Assembly (NCBI GenBank): GCA_951406725.2
Contig: OX597819.1
Location: 8,432,001-8,496,000 of the forward strand
Reading direction: 5' to 3'
DNA: 64,000 nt
DNA from: Octopus vulgaris
Taxonomy: Eukaryota
Shown: positions 1 through 14,539 of the stretch, in pieces
Position numbering within the stretch: position 1 is the stretch's first letter
Layout of the letters: each line of letters starts with the position of its first letter
The notes under the pieces: model-generated
Told to the model about the DNA's origin: nothing
Databases searched by the model: none
What the model saw: only the letters and a program-made list of their open reading frames with translations
Position numbers and translations under genes: made by a program

Positions 1-2465
1 TCTGAATTCGGCTGTTTTCCCTTAGTTTCGATGAAAAAAAGCAATAAAATATTTAATATATCATTTGAAGGCAAGCAGGGGGTTTAACCGTGATGACTAA
101 ACTAAAGTACTAAAACCAATGAAATTTAAAGAGAAAGTAAGTAATCATAATGTGTGACAGTCATACTTCTCTCAAGGAAAGTAATGACAAAAATAAATTG
201 CATTAGTTCGACTAAAAATCAAGACAGATCTGCATGTTCAGATCGCATCTTACACAATATTATCGTAAGTAAAATATCTATACATTATGGCTTTCTTAAA
301 TTTTATGTAATAATTACAATACCAGAGGCATCAGTAGTATATCTGTGTAACAATGCTGTTTTGTGTATACATAGTTTTATATGGAGAAAATAGACTGTCA
401 TAATGACTTTACTCTCGGCACTGGGAGAATATATCCATTACGCCATAATACTGAATAACGAACGTTTGTGTGCAGAAGTGTATGTGCCAAATATATTAAA
501 CTACCACAGACATAAAGTTGCAGGGCATATGATTTAATATAGAAGATGGTTGAGAAGTTTTAATGTCTTTTGAAAACCTATTACTAATTAATGTGAGTAA
601 TAAGAAATGAATTCAATTTAGAATTGAAATTTGGAGACATACTCCGTACTATATAAACACAATTCTAGCCGTACAGAGTACACCAAAATGTCTGCTGATA
701 TCGATAAGACATTGGATGCGAAATGAGGAAGGGAATTTATAGGAACATTCATTACTTCACGGCCATAGGACTGCTTTTGAAAAAAATAAGTTGGCTTTGC
801 CCGTGTCATAAGATCGGACCACCTCACCCAAAGCTGACAGCTAGTCCTACGAAAATTAGCCTAAATTATTTCATATTCTGTTAACAACAAATACTAATTG
901 ACCAGTAAACATCTTAATATATAACTAAATGGACATGGTAACGTATGAGAAAGTGAGGGTCAGCAGTTTACAGAATGAACAAAAGTACATATTACTCACA
1001 GAAAATGTCTTTTATTTAGTTAACATACTATTTTAAATAGCTAATGACTGAATTCGACAGGCGCTCATTTTTCCACAAAAAATACCCCGGATAAAAGTTT
1101 GCCTCTTATAAATACAAAGTCTTGGTTCCAGAAAGGACCTAATATTAAAGGACTCCCCTTGTGATATTTGTATCCAGTGGCCTTCATATCCTTAATTGTT
1201 TCTCCCTAAGATACGTTTCAAGAACTATAGGAATTACTGCGCAACATTAACGAAGCGTCTTCATGATTTAGTTTGTCAAGCTATAAAATGCCGTTGTATT
1301 GGATACAATTCACAACGTAGGCAGCAGCTGCGCACTGAAATTGGTGAAGGGTTTGGTACCAAGCAATACTGAGCTTAATTCTCACGACAAATAAGTGAGT
1401 TACTCCAGACAAAGTGCTCTGTCCTGGAAAATGCGTTTCTTTCACCGCTTCATAATGCTGGGAACAAGAGATAAATCCAGATTCTATAGCTTTGAGCGGT
1501 TCCCTGTAGGATACCTTCACCAGATTTCTATGTGAGGCAACCACATCATTCTGCTTGTATTATGACTTTCGGTGACTTAAACATTGCAAAACAGATCTAG
1601 ATAACTAATGGGAAATGTGCAAAATGCAAAACACTGCAATCCACTGCGTCTAGTATCTATCTGATTTATATTTATAGTATTAACCGAGGAAAAACGATGG
1701 GTACTTACTACTAGAATCTATACTAACTCTAGCCAGAGTGTATATAAATATATACAGACGTTTGTTTTCTGCTTTCTCTCTCATGCCACGATGTCTCTAA
1801 AGACTTTTAGTTCCATAGACTTGGCGAAGATTAATATTATTGATTATGAATTGGTTAATATTCCCTGTGGCTTTTTCACTAGCAGTGCTGTGTGGTATAG
1901 TTTTTATTTTGATGCAGTACTTTATATGTTTAAATGATATTCTATTGGTTATTTGGAAGCGCCAGTGATGTCAGCTTTATCAAGGTTTAATCTTTCTTCT
2001 CAATCACGACCTTCCGCCGCCTAACCCCCTCTCAATACGTTATGTGTGTATTTGTGTGAGTGCATGTGTGTGTATGCGTTCTTACATACATGCATATACA
2101 ACAACACACATATATATATATAGTATATGTATATTGCACGTGACTGTGTGCAGGCTTGCATATGCAGGTTTATGCATTAATACGCAAGTGCGTAAATGTA
2201 CGTAGCAGCGCGTGCTCGTCTGTGTATGGAAGTTTATATATGCCTGCACATGTTCCCGTGCATAAGTGCGTTGATGTAGTGTGCTGCATGTTTGAGTGTA
2301 TGTGCACACATGTGGTGCGCAGTGACTTTTTGGTGATATATTCTACTCATTAATAATTTGTGGATCTTAACATCCATCACTTTATTATTCCAGAGCGGCT
2401 CTGAATTACAGCAATGGCTTATCTGCCTGCTTGTTTTGAATGTCCACTTTTAACGCCATCACCTA

Positions 2466-3177
2466 CAACCACCACCACCACCACCACCACCACCACCACC
2501 ACCACCACCAACACAACCACCACCACCACCACCAACACAACCACCACCACCACAACCACCACCACCACCACCACCACCACCACACACCACCAACACAACC
2601 ACCACCACCACCACCACCACCACCACCACCACCACCACCACCAACACAACCACCACCAACAACAACACACACATACATACATACATACATACATACATAC
2701 ATACATACATACATCATACATACATACATACATACATACACACACATACATACATACATACATACATACACACACATACATACACACACATACATACATA
2801 CACACATTCATACATACATACATACACATACATACATACATACATACATACATACATACATACATACATACATACACACACACACATACATACATACATA
2901 CATACATACACACACACACATACATACATACATACATACACACACACATACATACATACATACATACACATACATACATACATACATACATACATACATA
3001 CATACATACATACATACACACACATACATACATACATACATACACACACATACATACATACACACATACATACATACATACACATACATACATACATACA
3101 TACATACATACATACATACATACATACATACATACATACATACATACATACATACACACAGACATACATACATACAA
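2466..3177. repeat. Compound microsatellite (CAC/CCA)n followed by (CATA)n
   Basis: Directly visible; source of the poly-T/H/P and YIHT ORFs. Confidence 0.97.
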
Positions 3178-3899
3178 ACGCATACCACCAGACACACACA
3201 CACACGAACACACGTGAAAACATACACCAAATACTTTAACATGCTGCTGCTGCTGTCGCTATTAAATCATTGTGATGTAACCACTAGCAACAGCTTGGAG
3301 AAATATGAAAGCGAGGCTGTTGCATTGAATTTATTACTGTAAAGGGCGTTGGATTGTCAGTAGAGTTAATTCGGTAAGGAAAATGTTTTGTGGCATTTAG
3401 TCACGGCTCTATACGCAATGAGTTCAAATCCCGCTCAGATCAACTCTTCTTTCTGAAGATTTGATAAATTAACATATGAGTGAAATAAAGGAATATTCTT
3501 CCTCAAAATATGTAGTTTTGTACCTATGCTAGAAATGATTATATACATACACGCATACATACGTACATACATACATACATACATCCATACATACACACAC
3601 ATACATGCATACATACATACACATACATACATACATACCCACATTCATACATACATACACACATACATACATACATACATACACATACATACATACATAC
3701 ATAAGTGGATATGCGCGCGCACACACACACACACAGACGCGCGAGCACACACTCACACACACAGGTACATGTATGTGTGTGTGTGCGTGTGCATGCGTTT
3801 GTGTGTATGTTTGTGCATATATGTACGTACGTATGTATGTATGTATGTATGTATGTATGTATGTATGTATGTTTATAATTTAGAATAAATTTTGAATAA

Positions 3900-4880
3900 A
3901 TTTTGGCAGGCCCCTCCTGGGTAGCAAGGTTGTGAAGGAAAGCATCTTGTTTTAACCATCATCCTCGAAATCTTTAAGGTCTTGCAGATATCGTGACATC
4001 TGTGGCATATTAATTAAGGATATGCTTTCTCTTCCCAAGATCCCAAGTTTAGCCATACTTTGCTTCAGGTTTGTTGGAATGTATCCTGTTGCTCCAATAA
4101 TAATAATAATAATAATAGATAGATATGAAGCTGCAAACTTCTCATCAATGGTCCATGGATGTTCTCTTCCTCTTGTATTCTTTTAACCACATTGGTGTCC
4201 AGAGGGTAGCGGATTTCTACAAAAGAACATATCTTTTCTATGCGGTTCACATAACAATATCTCATCATCATCATTGTTCGACCGTGGTCGATACAATGGA
4301 ATTTACCCTGCTACGCCAGACTTCACGGTCCATCATGGCATTACGGAGGTCCTGTTGCTGGATGCCTGTATCCCGGGAGATTACATCAGGGTAGGAGAGT
4401 GTGCGCCCTCTGGTATTGCGAGTAGATGGCTTCCAGAGGAGAAGAGTAGAAATTACCTCTTTTTCAGCTCTACAACAATGTCCAGCAAACTGGACTCTCC
4501 TACCTTTCACAAGAGATGACACAGGTGGTAGTTTCCCATATATTTGCATTTTGGTTGGATGGCGCTTCCACGAGAGATTTTGAGCTTTCATAAGGAGGCG
4601 AGTGTAGGTTCCCTCCAACCGCCTCTCAAGCTTCTTTGATAACGTCCAGGTTTCTGAGCCATATAGTAGAATTAGTTCGACTGTGGCTTTGAAGATTTCA
4701 AGTATGAAGTCTCTACTGATGACCAATATCTGGCCGGTTGCGTTTTAAATTGGTAGCTGCTTTAATATTTAAACTCCAGTAATATTCTTCTGACCCACCG
4801 GTTTCAATATGGTCAACTTTATCAGTGGGTGTTTTCTTTTTTTCTATCCTGTTCCAGACTGACCTGGACACTACATGCAT
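3900..4880 (-). mobile_element. Decayed 3' part of an R4/Dong-like non-LTR retrotransposon (restriction-like endonuclease domain), interrupted by an RTE-type insertion
   Basis: Minus-strand translation across the insertion gives HVVSRSVWNRI..EYYWSLNIKAATNLKRNRPDIV..KICSFVEIRYPLDTNVVKRIQEEENIHGPLMRSLQ..IIGATGYIP, the RLE pattern NRPD..E..P.D, with stops and frameshifts. Confidence 0.75.
4262..4723 (-). mobile_element. 5'-truncated RTE/RTE-X-like LINE 3' fragment
   Basis: ORF 4271-4726 has LLYGSETWTL..RLEGTYTRLL..W..H.T..LP.VS..RRVQFAGHC, a typical post-RT RTE-clade region. It ends in a (TGA)4 tail and is flanked by CAATATC(T) at 4255-4262 and 4724-4731. Confidence 0.85.
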
Positions 4881-6927
4881 TTATGTATGTATGTGTGTAT
4901 GTATGTATGTATGTATGTATGTATGTATGTATGTATGTATGTATGTATGTATGTATGTATGTATGTATGTATGTATGTATGTATGTATGTATGTATGTAT
5001 GTATGTATGTATGTTTTTACAATACATTATTAGAGACCCATTTCATCCGATTATGCAGATCAGTTTCGCACACGAGAGTTAAAGAGAAAATCTGAATCCC
5101 GGTGATTACGAGAAGCGATATTAGAAAAAGTATGATGACGGTTTTCTGCCGCTGAAGGTTATAAGGTGCCTCATCCGGTTGACGAGAGTAGTGAAAACCG
5201 GAACGAAAAATCTCGTAGAACTTCAGTGAGGAATTCCTTTTGAGTTATGTCCCTTGCATTAAGATCAGAGTATCTACATAGTTATGGGTAACTACCTGCA
5301 GACTGGGTTTGGGACTTGAATGCGAGCGGTTTGGAGTTGATGTATGTACAGGAGGTGGTGGGGTTCAAAAAAGAGGTGACGAGGCAGGTAACCAATCTTT
5401 TAATCATGCTTGAGAATGCACCTGTGAGATGTATGCGAGCGTTTGTATGTGATATGTTGTGTGTGGCATCTCAGACTGTGAGGATGGGAAAACATGACAG
5501 TGGAATCTCTAAGGTTCCAATCCATCGGTGTGAGTATATATTTTCTTTCGTGTGGGCAGGATCGGAAAATTTTGCTTTTATAGTTTATGTAGATATCGGC
5601 ATAAAGAAAGTTCTTTGATATTCCTTTCCCTGACAGTCATAACAAACACCTCCTACTGCTATTGAAACAAGGTTTATATCTCTCCAATATTCTCCACTTT
5701 AGAGCTTTCCCCATAAGTACTTCCCACCTTCACAACCGGGGCCTCCAGCAGAAAGTCTGCCTCATCCAATATATGTAACCTTTTCCGAACATACACATAC
5801 ATACACACGCACATGCCCACACCTGATTTAAAAATAAACCGCCCATGTCAGTCCCACTTTCTGTCCCTACCTTGCTGCAGATGTATGAACTCCATACTGA
5901 CCTCACCCAAACCTCAAACTCACTCTGCAGGCAGTAATCCAATACAATGTGAAAGGCGAATAAGGCTAGATGTTTAATATTGCAAATCAGCAAGCATAAG
6001 AGATAATACCGATAAGATCCATCTATCCATCTACTCCTCCTACTATTCCTAGGATTATCGTAGAGTCCTCAGGTACCTCTTCCATAAGCACCTATCAGAA
6101 GCAACAGTCTTTACACTGTTCAGATGGATTTTCAATCGTTACGAACTGAGGGTATGGATATTGTCCACCTATCTCGTTCATATTCTCCCCCTAGGTATCC
6201 TGCCAGTTGGTACATGTCCGCAGTACCAGAGCTGTTACAAATCAATGTGTAGGCTCGATGTTGACAGCGTCACTGGTCACAGAGTTACACACCCTGTCGA
6301 GTAGCGGGAACCCTGAGATCATTCGGAGGAACCCATTTCTGCTGCCTGTGTTCGCGATCGAACTCTTTTGGTCCATGACTCAACGTTTATGACAATGAAT
6401 GAGGATAGGCACGAAAACCGAGTTTGGCGGGTTTTTTTATGAACTACTCCTATTCTGAAGATCAAATAAGATTAAATGGTCGACATATGAGACGCCACCG
6501 GATTTGTATTTAGTGTACAGAACGCTCACCAGAGGCCTTTTAGCTCAACAATATTGTCAAAACAACGTCCCTATATCTTCCAGATATTTGTGTATATTGA
6601 TCATTCTTAGTCGTACCAATGGATCAGGTTATGCTTTGCTCAGTAATGTCCATTTGCTTTCATCAGTTTTTGGTTACTAATTACTTGGATGATTTCAGTT
6701 GATGACAGTTTCTTATTCCAACAAACTAGATCGACAAACCAATGTGCTCACTCGATAAGCTAAAAATAACAACCACATCTTCCCCCTAAACACACTCTAC
6801 TGTTACATTAAAGGTGGAATAGGCAACGGTGGATGTGGTTCGAAGGTAAAATATAAAACATGTACGTCTGGACTCCTTTTGATCAAAGATTTGCTCGATT
6901 GGATCCAATATAGAGCCAAGCAATAAA

Positions 6928-6964
<37 letters not shown>

Positions 6965-6970
6965 ACGTAC

Positions 6971-7036
<66 letters not shown>

Positions 7037-7310
7037 GTTAAATTTATTCTAACCAGATTTATCTTTTCATTCGCATCTCTTATGAAAAAGAAGTGTGTAG
7101 ATGCTGGAAATTACCAACAATTAACAACAGTATATAGGATGAAATTTTATAGCTTATACAAATCCCTCTCATAGGGAACCTCTGTCAGATCGATTGACAT
7201 GCTAGAAACAGGAACCAAATCGCTTTCGTATCCAAACATATCATCTTCACAATAAAAATAAATATATTCGAAAAGATGATCACAGAACATCTTTAACCCT
7301 AGATTTATTC

Positions 7311-7695
7311 CAGTGGTTCCCAACCGTCTTCCATATGACTCCTGGAGGTTCATTTAAGATTTTTAGTGGTCCAAGCAAGCAAAAGAGTAAATTGAGTATC
7401 TACAGTAGTATTTTAAATATCCGTCGAAAATTTTTGATTTAGATGAATTTATTGCGAGAAACAGTTAGGTTGTTTTTTTATTATATTTTAGTTCACCATT
7501 TCTGTAGCCACTGAGACTTGTTCTCTCAGAGAGTGCTATTGCAAAGTTATAAAAGTGAACGTGTGAAAAACAAAGTAGAAATTCTGAAAAATAGTATCTA
7601 TGAAACTAGTTTTTAAACAGCGAATGGATATGGGGGTCCACCAGAGTAAAATAATAATCAAAGGGGTCCAGATAAGAAATGCTTGAAAACCAGTG
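7311..7695. mobile_element. hAT-type MITE / non-autonomous DNA transposon
   Basis: Ends CAGTGGTTCCCAACC ... GCTTGAAAACCAGTG form imperfect TIRs; the 8-bp flanks ATTTATTC / ATCCATTC match at 6/8, consistent with an old hAT TSD. Confidence 0.65.
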
Positions 7696-10115
7696 ATCCA
7701 TTCGATTAGTGAGCAAACTCTCCAAAGCAATAACAATAGTGAAAAAGATTTTTACTTTCATTTATAAGTACCACTGGTTATCGAAACTATCATTTGAACT
7801 AGACTACAATGTCTTTATCATTTATAATGTCTTTGGAAAATGATAAATATCTCAACTTGGAATGTGTGGCATCATGTCTATTCGGAAAAAAATTATCATT
7901 TATAGCGTATAGTATCTGATGGGACGTTAATGATATCCTTCAAAACGGAATTGAGAATTCCAAATACTGCAGCAGATAACAGTTGTTTTTGCCCTTCATG
8001 ACAGTGAAACAGTTCTTGTTTCCTTACTATAGTGTTCTTATGTTGTTATTTGATCTTATTTTACCTCCTACCGCTTCAAAGAAAGGTCCAAATAGTCCGA
8101 GTCTTGATATGAGCTTGGGAAGATGAAACGACGGCAATAGCACTAGTACATCAATTTTTATAGCGATAAATTTTTATGTGATAAACACCGTTATACTGGA
8201 AACAGTAAAGATAGCCAGAAAGTTGAATCGGTGCTGGTTTGCAGTGAAATTGAAAACATGCGAATGCACACATAGATCTATAAAAGTTTATACTACTAGA
8301 TGGTTGCCGATTCCTTGAGTTCATCCGCCTTTATTACAGATTTTCTTTTTCATTCCACAAGATGCCCTAATATCACTGTTCTCATCAAGCAAGATCAGTG
8401 AGGTACCGCTTAACCCAAAACGGCTCCAGCATGGTTACCACTAGCAGGTATCTGTTTATCAGAGCTCTAACCACACACACACACACTCATGGGTGCGTAC
8501 ATGCCAGTTTTACATAGAACACGACTTAATTCGTACTAAAACAGGGCGTATGTTAATTGAAATATCTAAGGAGGGTTAGATAATTACATATGTGCAGCTA
8601 TCAGGACATGAGACCTTTCCGTTGATATTTACCTAACAGAAGCTACTCTGCTTTTCCGAATTGTGGAATAAAGATCTATACACAACTTTTAGTTGGTAGG
8701 AAGGTCAATCCTTCTACCTGCTAGATGGGCGTTTCTTGTAGTTATTCTATCCCAATAATGTTTATAGGGAATGATGCTCACCAGTCTCATTATTTTCAGT
8801 GGAGGTTTTCTCAACGCTCTTACGTGAATAACCTCGTCCAGCGAAGTGTACTTCATGTCGAAAGTAAACTATCAACAATACCGCAACAGTTTTATAATAT
8901 ACTGATCTTTTATAAGAATAAAATTCCTATAGCGATGACTTCTTGAATATAATATCTTCTTTTTTTGCTCTTCATACCATTTTACAATACACTCTCATCA
9001 TTTCTATGGTTATTGGAATATTTATTGCCTGGAATATTTATTGGTGTAACTTCTATACATCATTTATAATTTTTATCCAAAAACTATAATTTATATCTCA
9101 ATTCTTTATAATAAAAGAATTATGCTCTTTTTTTTTCTTATTTTGTGACCAACATACACCTCAGAATAATTCACTCACACGCACACAGAACCACAATGCA
9201 ACCCATGTTATACACTTCTGACTTATTAACAAACCAGGAATGGCTGATAGACAGGTATATGTATGCATTAGAATAACATGCTGGCTGTAATATTGGAGGG
9301 TGCTATGGTTCATTGCAAGGTTAATAGCACTGGTTCCATACCAGTTACTGTTTCTTTTCCAAGTTTAGATATAAATTGTGTGCAGACTAGCATACAGACA
9401 GCCATCATGTCAATTGTAGTTTTAACTGTCACTCATTCCGATAAAAGATGCTTATGGCTAATTACATCAAATATGTTGGAATATTCGATTATCTTATGAT
9501 TTCCCCTGCTTATTTGCTGATTCGCAACATTAGTGTGTGTTTTAGATATATATATTTTTCAAAGTAACATACATTAGTTTTCCAGCTTGAATCAGAATAC
9601 AGAATATCATTGCAAGAAATCTATTTGATATAAGTTGATACACGTGTATATAAATGAATGATTGAGAGGGTGCGAGATTATGCGCGAGTGAGTGAGTCAC
9701 TGCTTCACTGAATGCCGCAAATTTACACAAAGTCGGCAGGTTAACAGTTTGTATTCTGTTATCGCTGCTGGACTAAATACGAAGCTAGCACACTAGTTCA
9801 TAAGCCAACCAACCTTATTTGGTAGGAAGTAATTAGATATTATAGCAGCATACTACATATGCATACATACGTACAAATGAACGCCAATTATGGAAATACA
9901 TAAATTACATTAAATGTATCGTTGGACGTATATTCACATACATTTTACACACATAAATACGTATGCACTTCCACGCTTACACAAATGCACTCACACAGAT
10001 CACGAATATATATGTTAATTTGTGAAAATATCTTTATATAACACATATAGTTATCGATGTATTTTTCTATTCATTTGTATGTGTACCAGTCCGTTCATAT
10101 GCACATAAAATATAT

Positions 10116-10217
<102 letters not shown>

Positions 10218-10323
10218 TTATACATACATTCATACATACATGCATACATACACACACATTTATCCATACATTTATGCGTACTTACATACAAATGCATATA
10301 TATATATATATATATATACATAC

Positions 10324-10367
<44 letters not shown>

Positions 10368-11619
10368 ATAGATAGGTAACTATAAAAGGATGTATGTGTA
10401 TTCAAATCTAGTATAGATATATGATGTATTGCCTATACTCTTATGACAGGAATGGCAAGAGGCAGCTTCCGTAACAACTTAAAGATTTATAGCTTTATCA
10501 TAGAATTTATTGTGCAGTCTGTCCCATATCATTCTTTCGAAGAAGCAGTGTTGTCCCTTTTATATGATTTGACACGTTGCTAATGAACATTCGACGGCAT
10601 TGTGGTGTTCCCCTATTGAAGGGAAATTTATTTCATTTGTAGACAACTTGAATTGCTGATGGCGTTTGTGAGCGAGCGATACGGTTTAAAGAACATTAGT
10701 TGATGATTGAAGCAGCTCAGGAGAACTGATGATCATTGGTATTATCAAAATTTGAAAACCCATTCAGGTAAGATAGAAGAGTTGGCATACGATCGTGTGA
10801 TTTCCATTGATTGTGTTAACAGGAGAGACCAAGACAAACTTCTTAAACAGCAGAATAGAGAATTGTTTGACGTGAGGAGGGGGGGAAATGTGTATGAAAT
10901 CAAAACTGCAAGAGAATAAATTTTAAAATCTAATCTTTTCATGTATCTCAAAAATCCAGATTTGGAGAAGAATGCAACATCGAGATTACGCTTCGTAACA
11001 TTAAGCGAAAGAGGTGCATTTCGCCACTGGATGGGCCGCCAGTTTATGATAGTCATCTCCTTCCACCTCGCAAAAGAAAAATCAATACCTAATCTCCATA
11101 GTTTGTTTGGACTCGGATATTATAAGAACAAGTGTCCTACATCCTACTGAGAGATACAATGAAATGCTTTTTGATAGATATGGATTCAACGGTGCACGCA
11201 TTAATTGAGTTCATATCCAGTACAGTTATGCTGCAGGATGTGTATACACTTATATAATACTCCTGTCTAGCATATTATTATAAGATGTATTATTGTGCTT
11301 TATTATTATAGCATATTATTATAAGATGTATTGTTGTACTGATATATGTACCATGTTACAACTGTTTAATTAGCATGCTGAAAATTACCTTGCAGATATT
11401 AACGTCTCGTAATTATTTATTTTGTCAATATTACCCTTCACTCTGCTTGATTTAATATGTTTATTTAGCTAATAGCCGGGCAACTTTTTGGCACGTTACA
11501 GAAATGTGACATTTGCCCGTAAGATCTCAACAAAGCGGAACACGTTTAGAGTTTCTCCTATATTGGTTGATGAAATGTGATATAGCTATCGACTAAAATT
11601 GTTCAGCCTGAATATAAAA

Positions 11620-12000
11620 GGAAGCACTCCGTCGGTTACGACGATGAGGGTTCCGGTTGATCCGAATCAACGGAACAGCCTGCTCGTGAAATTAACGTGT
11701 AAGTGGCTGAGCACTCCACAGACACGTGCATCCTTAACGTAGTTCTCGGGGATATTCAGCGTGACACAGAGAGGGACAAGGCCGGCCCTTTGAAATACAG
11801 GTACAACAGAAACAGGAACTAAGAGTGAGAGAAAGTTGTGGTGAAAGAGTACAGCAGGGATCACCACCATCCCCTGCCGGAGCCTCGTGGAGCTTTTAGG
11901 TGTTTTCGCTCAATAAACACTCACAACGCCCGGTCTGGGAATCGAAACCGTAAACCTATGACCGCGAGTCCGCTGCCCTAACCACTGGGCCATTGCGCCT
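11620..12000 (-). mobile_element. tRNA-derived SINE, family A
   Basis: Minus strand begins GAGGCGCAATGGCCCAGTGGTTAGGG (A box) ... GGTTTCGATTCCC (B box); near-identical to the copies at 16449 and 37391. Confidence 0.92.
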
Positions 12001-13166
12001 CGCCATAGATATAACAGACTATTAGAAAGACAATGCCACTGAGGCAAATAGGAATTTCCTTACTTTCTTCATCCTTCCTTCGGTCCACAATTTCTGATGG
12101 AGTCGTAATATAAGGCGTGATATGAACATTTCAAACATGTAGGAATTTATCCCAGTCCATGTCTGACTATTGCGGATTTTTCTACGAAAGAAACGAGGAG
12201 GGAGACAAACAGAGAGAAAGAGAGACAAACAGGGAGAGAGAAAGAGAGAGGGGGAAAGAAAGAGGGGGAAAGAAAGAAAGAAAGAAAGAAAGAAAGAGAA
12301 GAATCTAGCCCAGCACAAGCCTAGTACTTATCCACCTCAAAAGAATGATAGGCGACGTTATCCTCGGCAGGGTTTGAACTTAGAACTCAGACATCGAGAA
12401 CGAATACCACGTTGTATCCTGTCCAACTACAATAACTTGCCCCCTGAAAGCTAAGTATATGCATATAGCTGTGAAAATAGCGTGGTGGCAAGGTTCCAGT
12501 AAATCGAGTTTGTAAAGGTAAATCCCTTTCGTTTCATTTATGTGTCTTTCATACATTTTAGTAAAACGACAGAGAAATTAAACATTGGCAGAAAGAGCAA
12601 ATACTGAAAAACAATAAACAAAGTGTGTAAAATCACACATTAAATGGCAACACTGGTGTCAAGTAAGTACCAATGATATATTCAGGTTAATTCTCTTCAC
12701 TGTGCTTTAATTCAACATTAATTAGATATTTAGCCAGGTGATGAAGAATAGTGCGTGTATGTGTGTATATGTTTATGCGTGAGTAGAGTATTTTATGCTC
12801 GTGTGTGTGAGAAACAGTACACTTTTTTACAATGTCAGTATGAAACAATCAATGATCAGGTAAAGAAGTGTTGGCTGGTTTAAAAAAAAAATCTAACAAA
12901 GCTGTATGCTAACACTTCTTGGTCTCTTTTGAATTGATGTTATACAGAAGCAAATCCCAATGAAACCGTTATTGTGTTGATTATTGAATTAGAACCTAAA
13001 CGTGTCCTGAGTCAACTTGGAATCGGTTGCAGCTGTTTGCACTTCGCTCGTAAATGCAGAAATACAGCTATTCTCTAAAATCTTATTGTTTTCAACAAGT
13101 CTAGACTCTACGTCATTCTGTGTTGTTGCATGCAGAAATGTTGGCTCTGATAAAACAAAAGGTTTA

Positions 13167-13570
13167 TACTCTTTACTCTTTTACTTGTTTCAGTCATTTG
13201 ACTGCGGCCATGCTGGAGCACCGCCTTTAATCGAGCAACTCGACCCCGGGACTTATTCTTTTTGTAAGCCCAGTACTTATTCTATCGGTCTCTTTCGCCG
13301 AACCGCTAAGTAACGGGGACAGAAACACACCAGCATCGGTTGTCAAGCAATGCTAGGGGGACAAACACACTCACACAAACACACATACATATATATATAC
13401 ATATATACGACGGGCTTCTTTCAGTTTCCGTCTACCAAATCCACTCACAAGGCTTTGGTCGGCCCGAGGCTATAGTAGAAGACACTTGCCCAAGGTGCCA
13501 CGCAGCGGGACTGAACCCGGAACCATGTGGTTGGTAAACAAGCTACTTACCACACAGCCACTCCTACACC
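13167..13570 (-). mobile_element. tRNA-derived SINE, family B (CORE-like ACCTTGGGCAAGT centre, internal TA/TG tract, (GAGTAAA)n tail)
   Basis: One of 8 near-identical full-length copies in the window. Confidence 0.92.
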
Positions 13571-13759
13571 AAAGAATATTTTAATTCATATGGTAAAACA
13601 ACATATTGAAATTAAAATAAATAGTTTTGTATGACAAGGTAGGTTAAAAAATGTTAAAACGGAAACGTATTCAAAGAGATTGCAACAAACAAACAAAATA
13701 CCTCAGAAAGAGGAAAAAGATAAAAACATTACGACAGAATAAAATGGTAACAAAAGAAG

Positions 13760-14300
13760 TCTACATGACCAGAATTGTCAGAGTACTGTCTTATAGTCGA
13801 TAAAAGACTGAAGAAAGTTCGTATGGTTTAGAAGTTAAATTGCGTAAAGATAAGACAATGACTTTTTAAACTAGTTCCAACACTTAGGATAATTACGATC
13901 GAATAATTTTTGTGACACAAGTTTTAAATGAAATTAGAAGAAAATGCAGCCATGAAACAAAAGAAATGAATTGAGGAAGTGAGGCTATTTTATCATGGGT
14001 TTATAAACAATTAGAGCAACTTCTGACAACCGGCAAAGGTAATATCTTGATAAATACATGCTACACGAGTCGAGACTGTCACTGCTGTACATGCAACGAA
14101 TATTCCCAAAGTGCTACTACTCTCTCATGTAAGCAACGAGATACTGTATATTCTACAAATGTTTCGTTAGATATTCATGCCGAGTTCCGATTCTCTTCTA
14201 TATCTGTAGCAGAGACATGAGCAAAGAAGACCATTGTTGTAACAAACGAGAGGTACATCAGGAATTTAATTCAATTAACATCGCTAAGAAACCTCTGAGT
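13760..14300 (+). mobile_element. Highly decayed RTE-like reverse transcriptase fragment
   Basis: Broken-frame similarity only (EESSYGLEVKLRKDKTM ~ GL.IN..KTK.M; SHVSNEIL). Confidence 0.35.
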
Positions 14301-14338
14301 TGCAGCTTCTGAGAAACTGATTATCTACATATTACAGA

Positions 14339-14369
<31 letters not shown>

Positions 14370-14539
14370 AGGGAGGGAGAGAGAGCAACACTGTGACTGA
14401 TGCCAATTGTTTGAACTTGAGGTAGAACATCGTCTTACTATACATTACATTCGAAAGATGTTTGAGATGAAGGAGAGTTTTATTTGTAACAAAATAGGGA
14501 TACTACCATCGTCATGCGTTTAAGAATGTAAATCAAATT

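Noticed and set aside
2414-3342. Long ORFs (267-300 aa) rich in T/H/P/YIHT
   Set aside because: Translations of (CAC)n and (CATA)n microsatellites, open in most frames on both strands.
10760-11205. Possible Helitron PIF1 helicase fragment (SID, LPP, GFNGAR)
   Set aside because: Motif spacing and frames do not match the LPPH...GLCNGTRL pattern.
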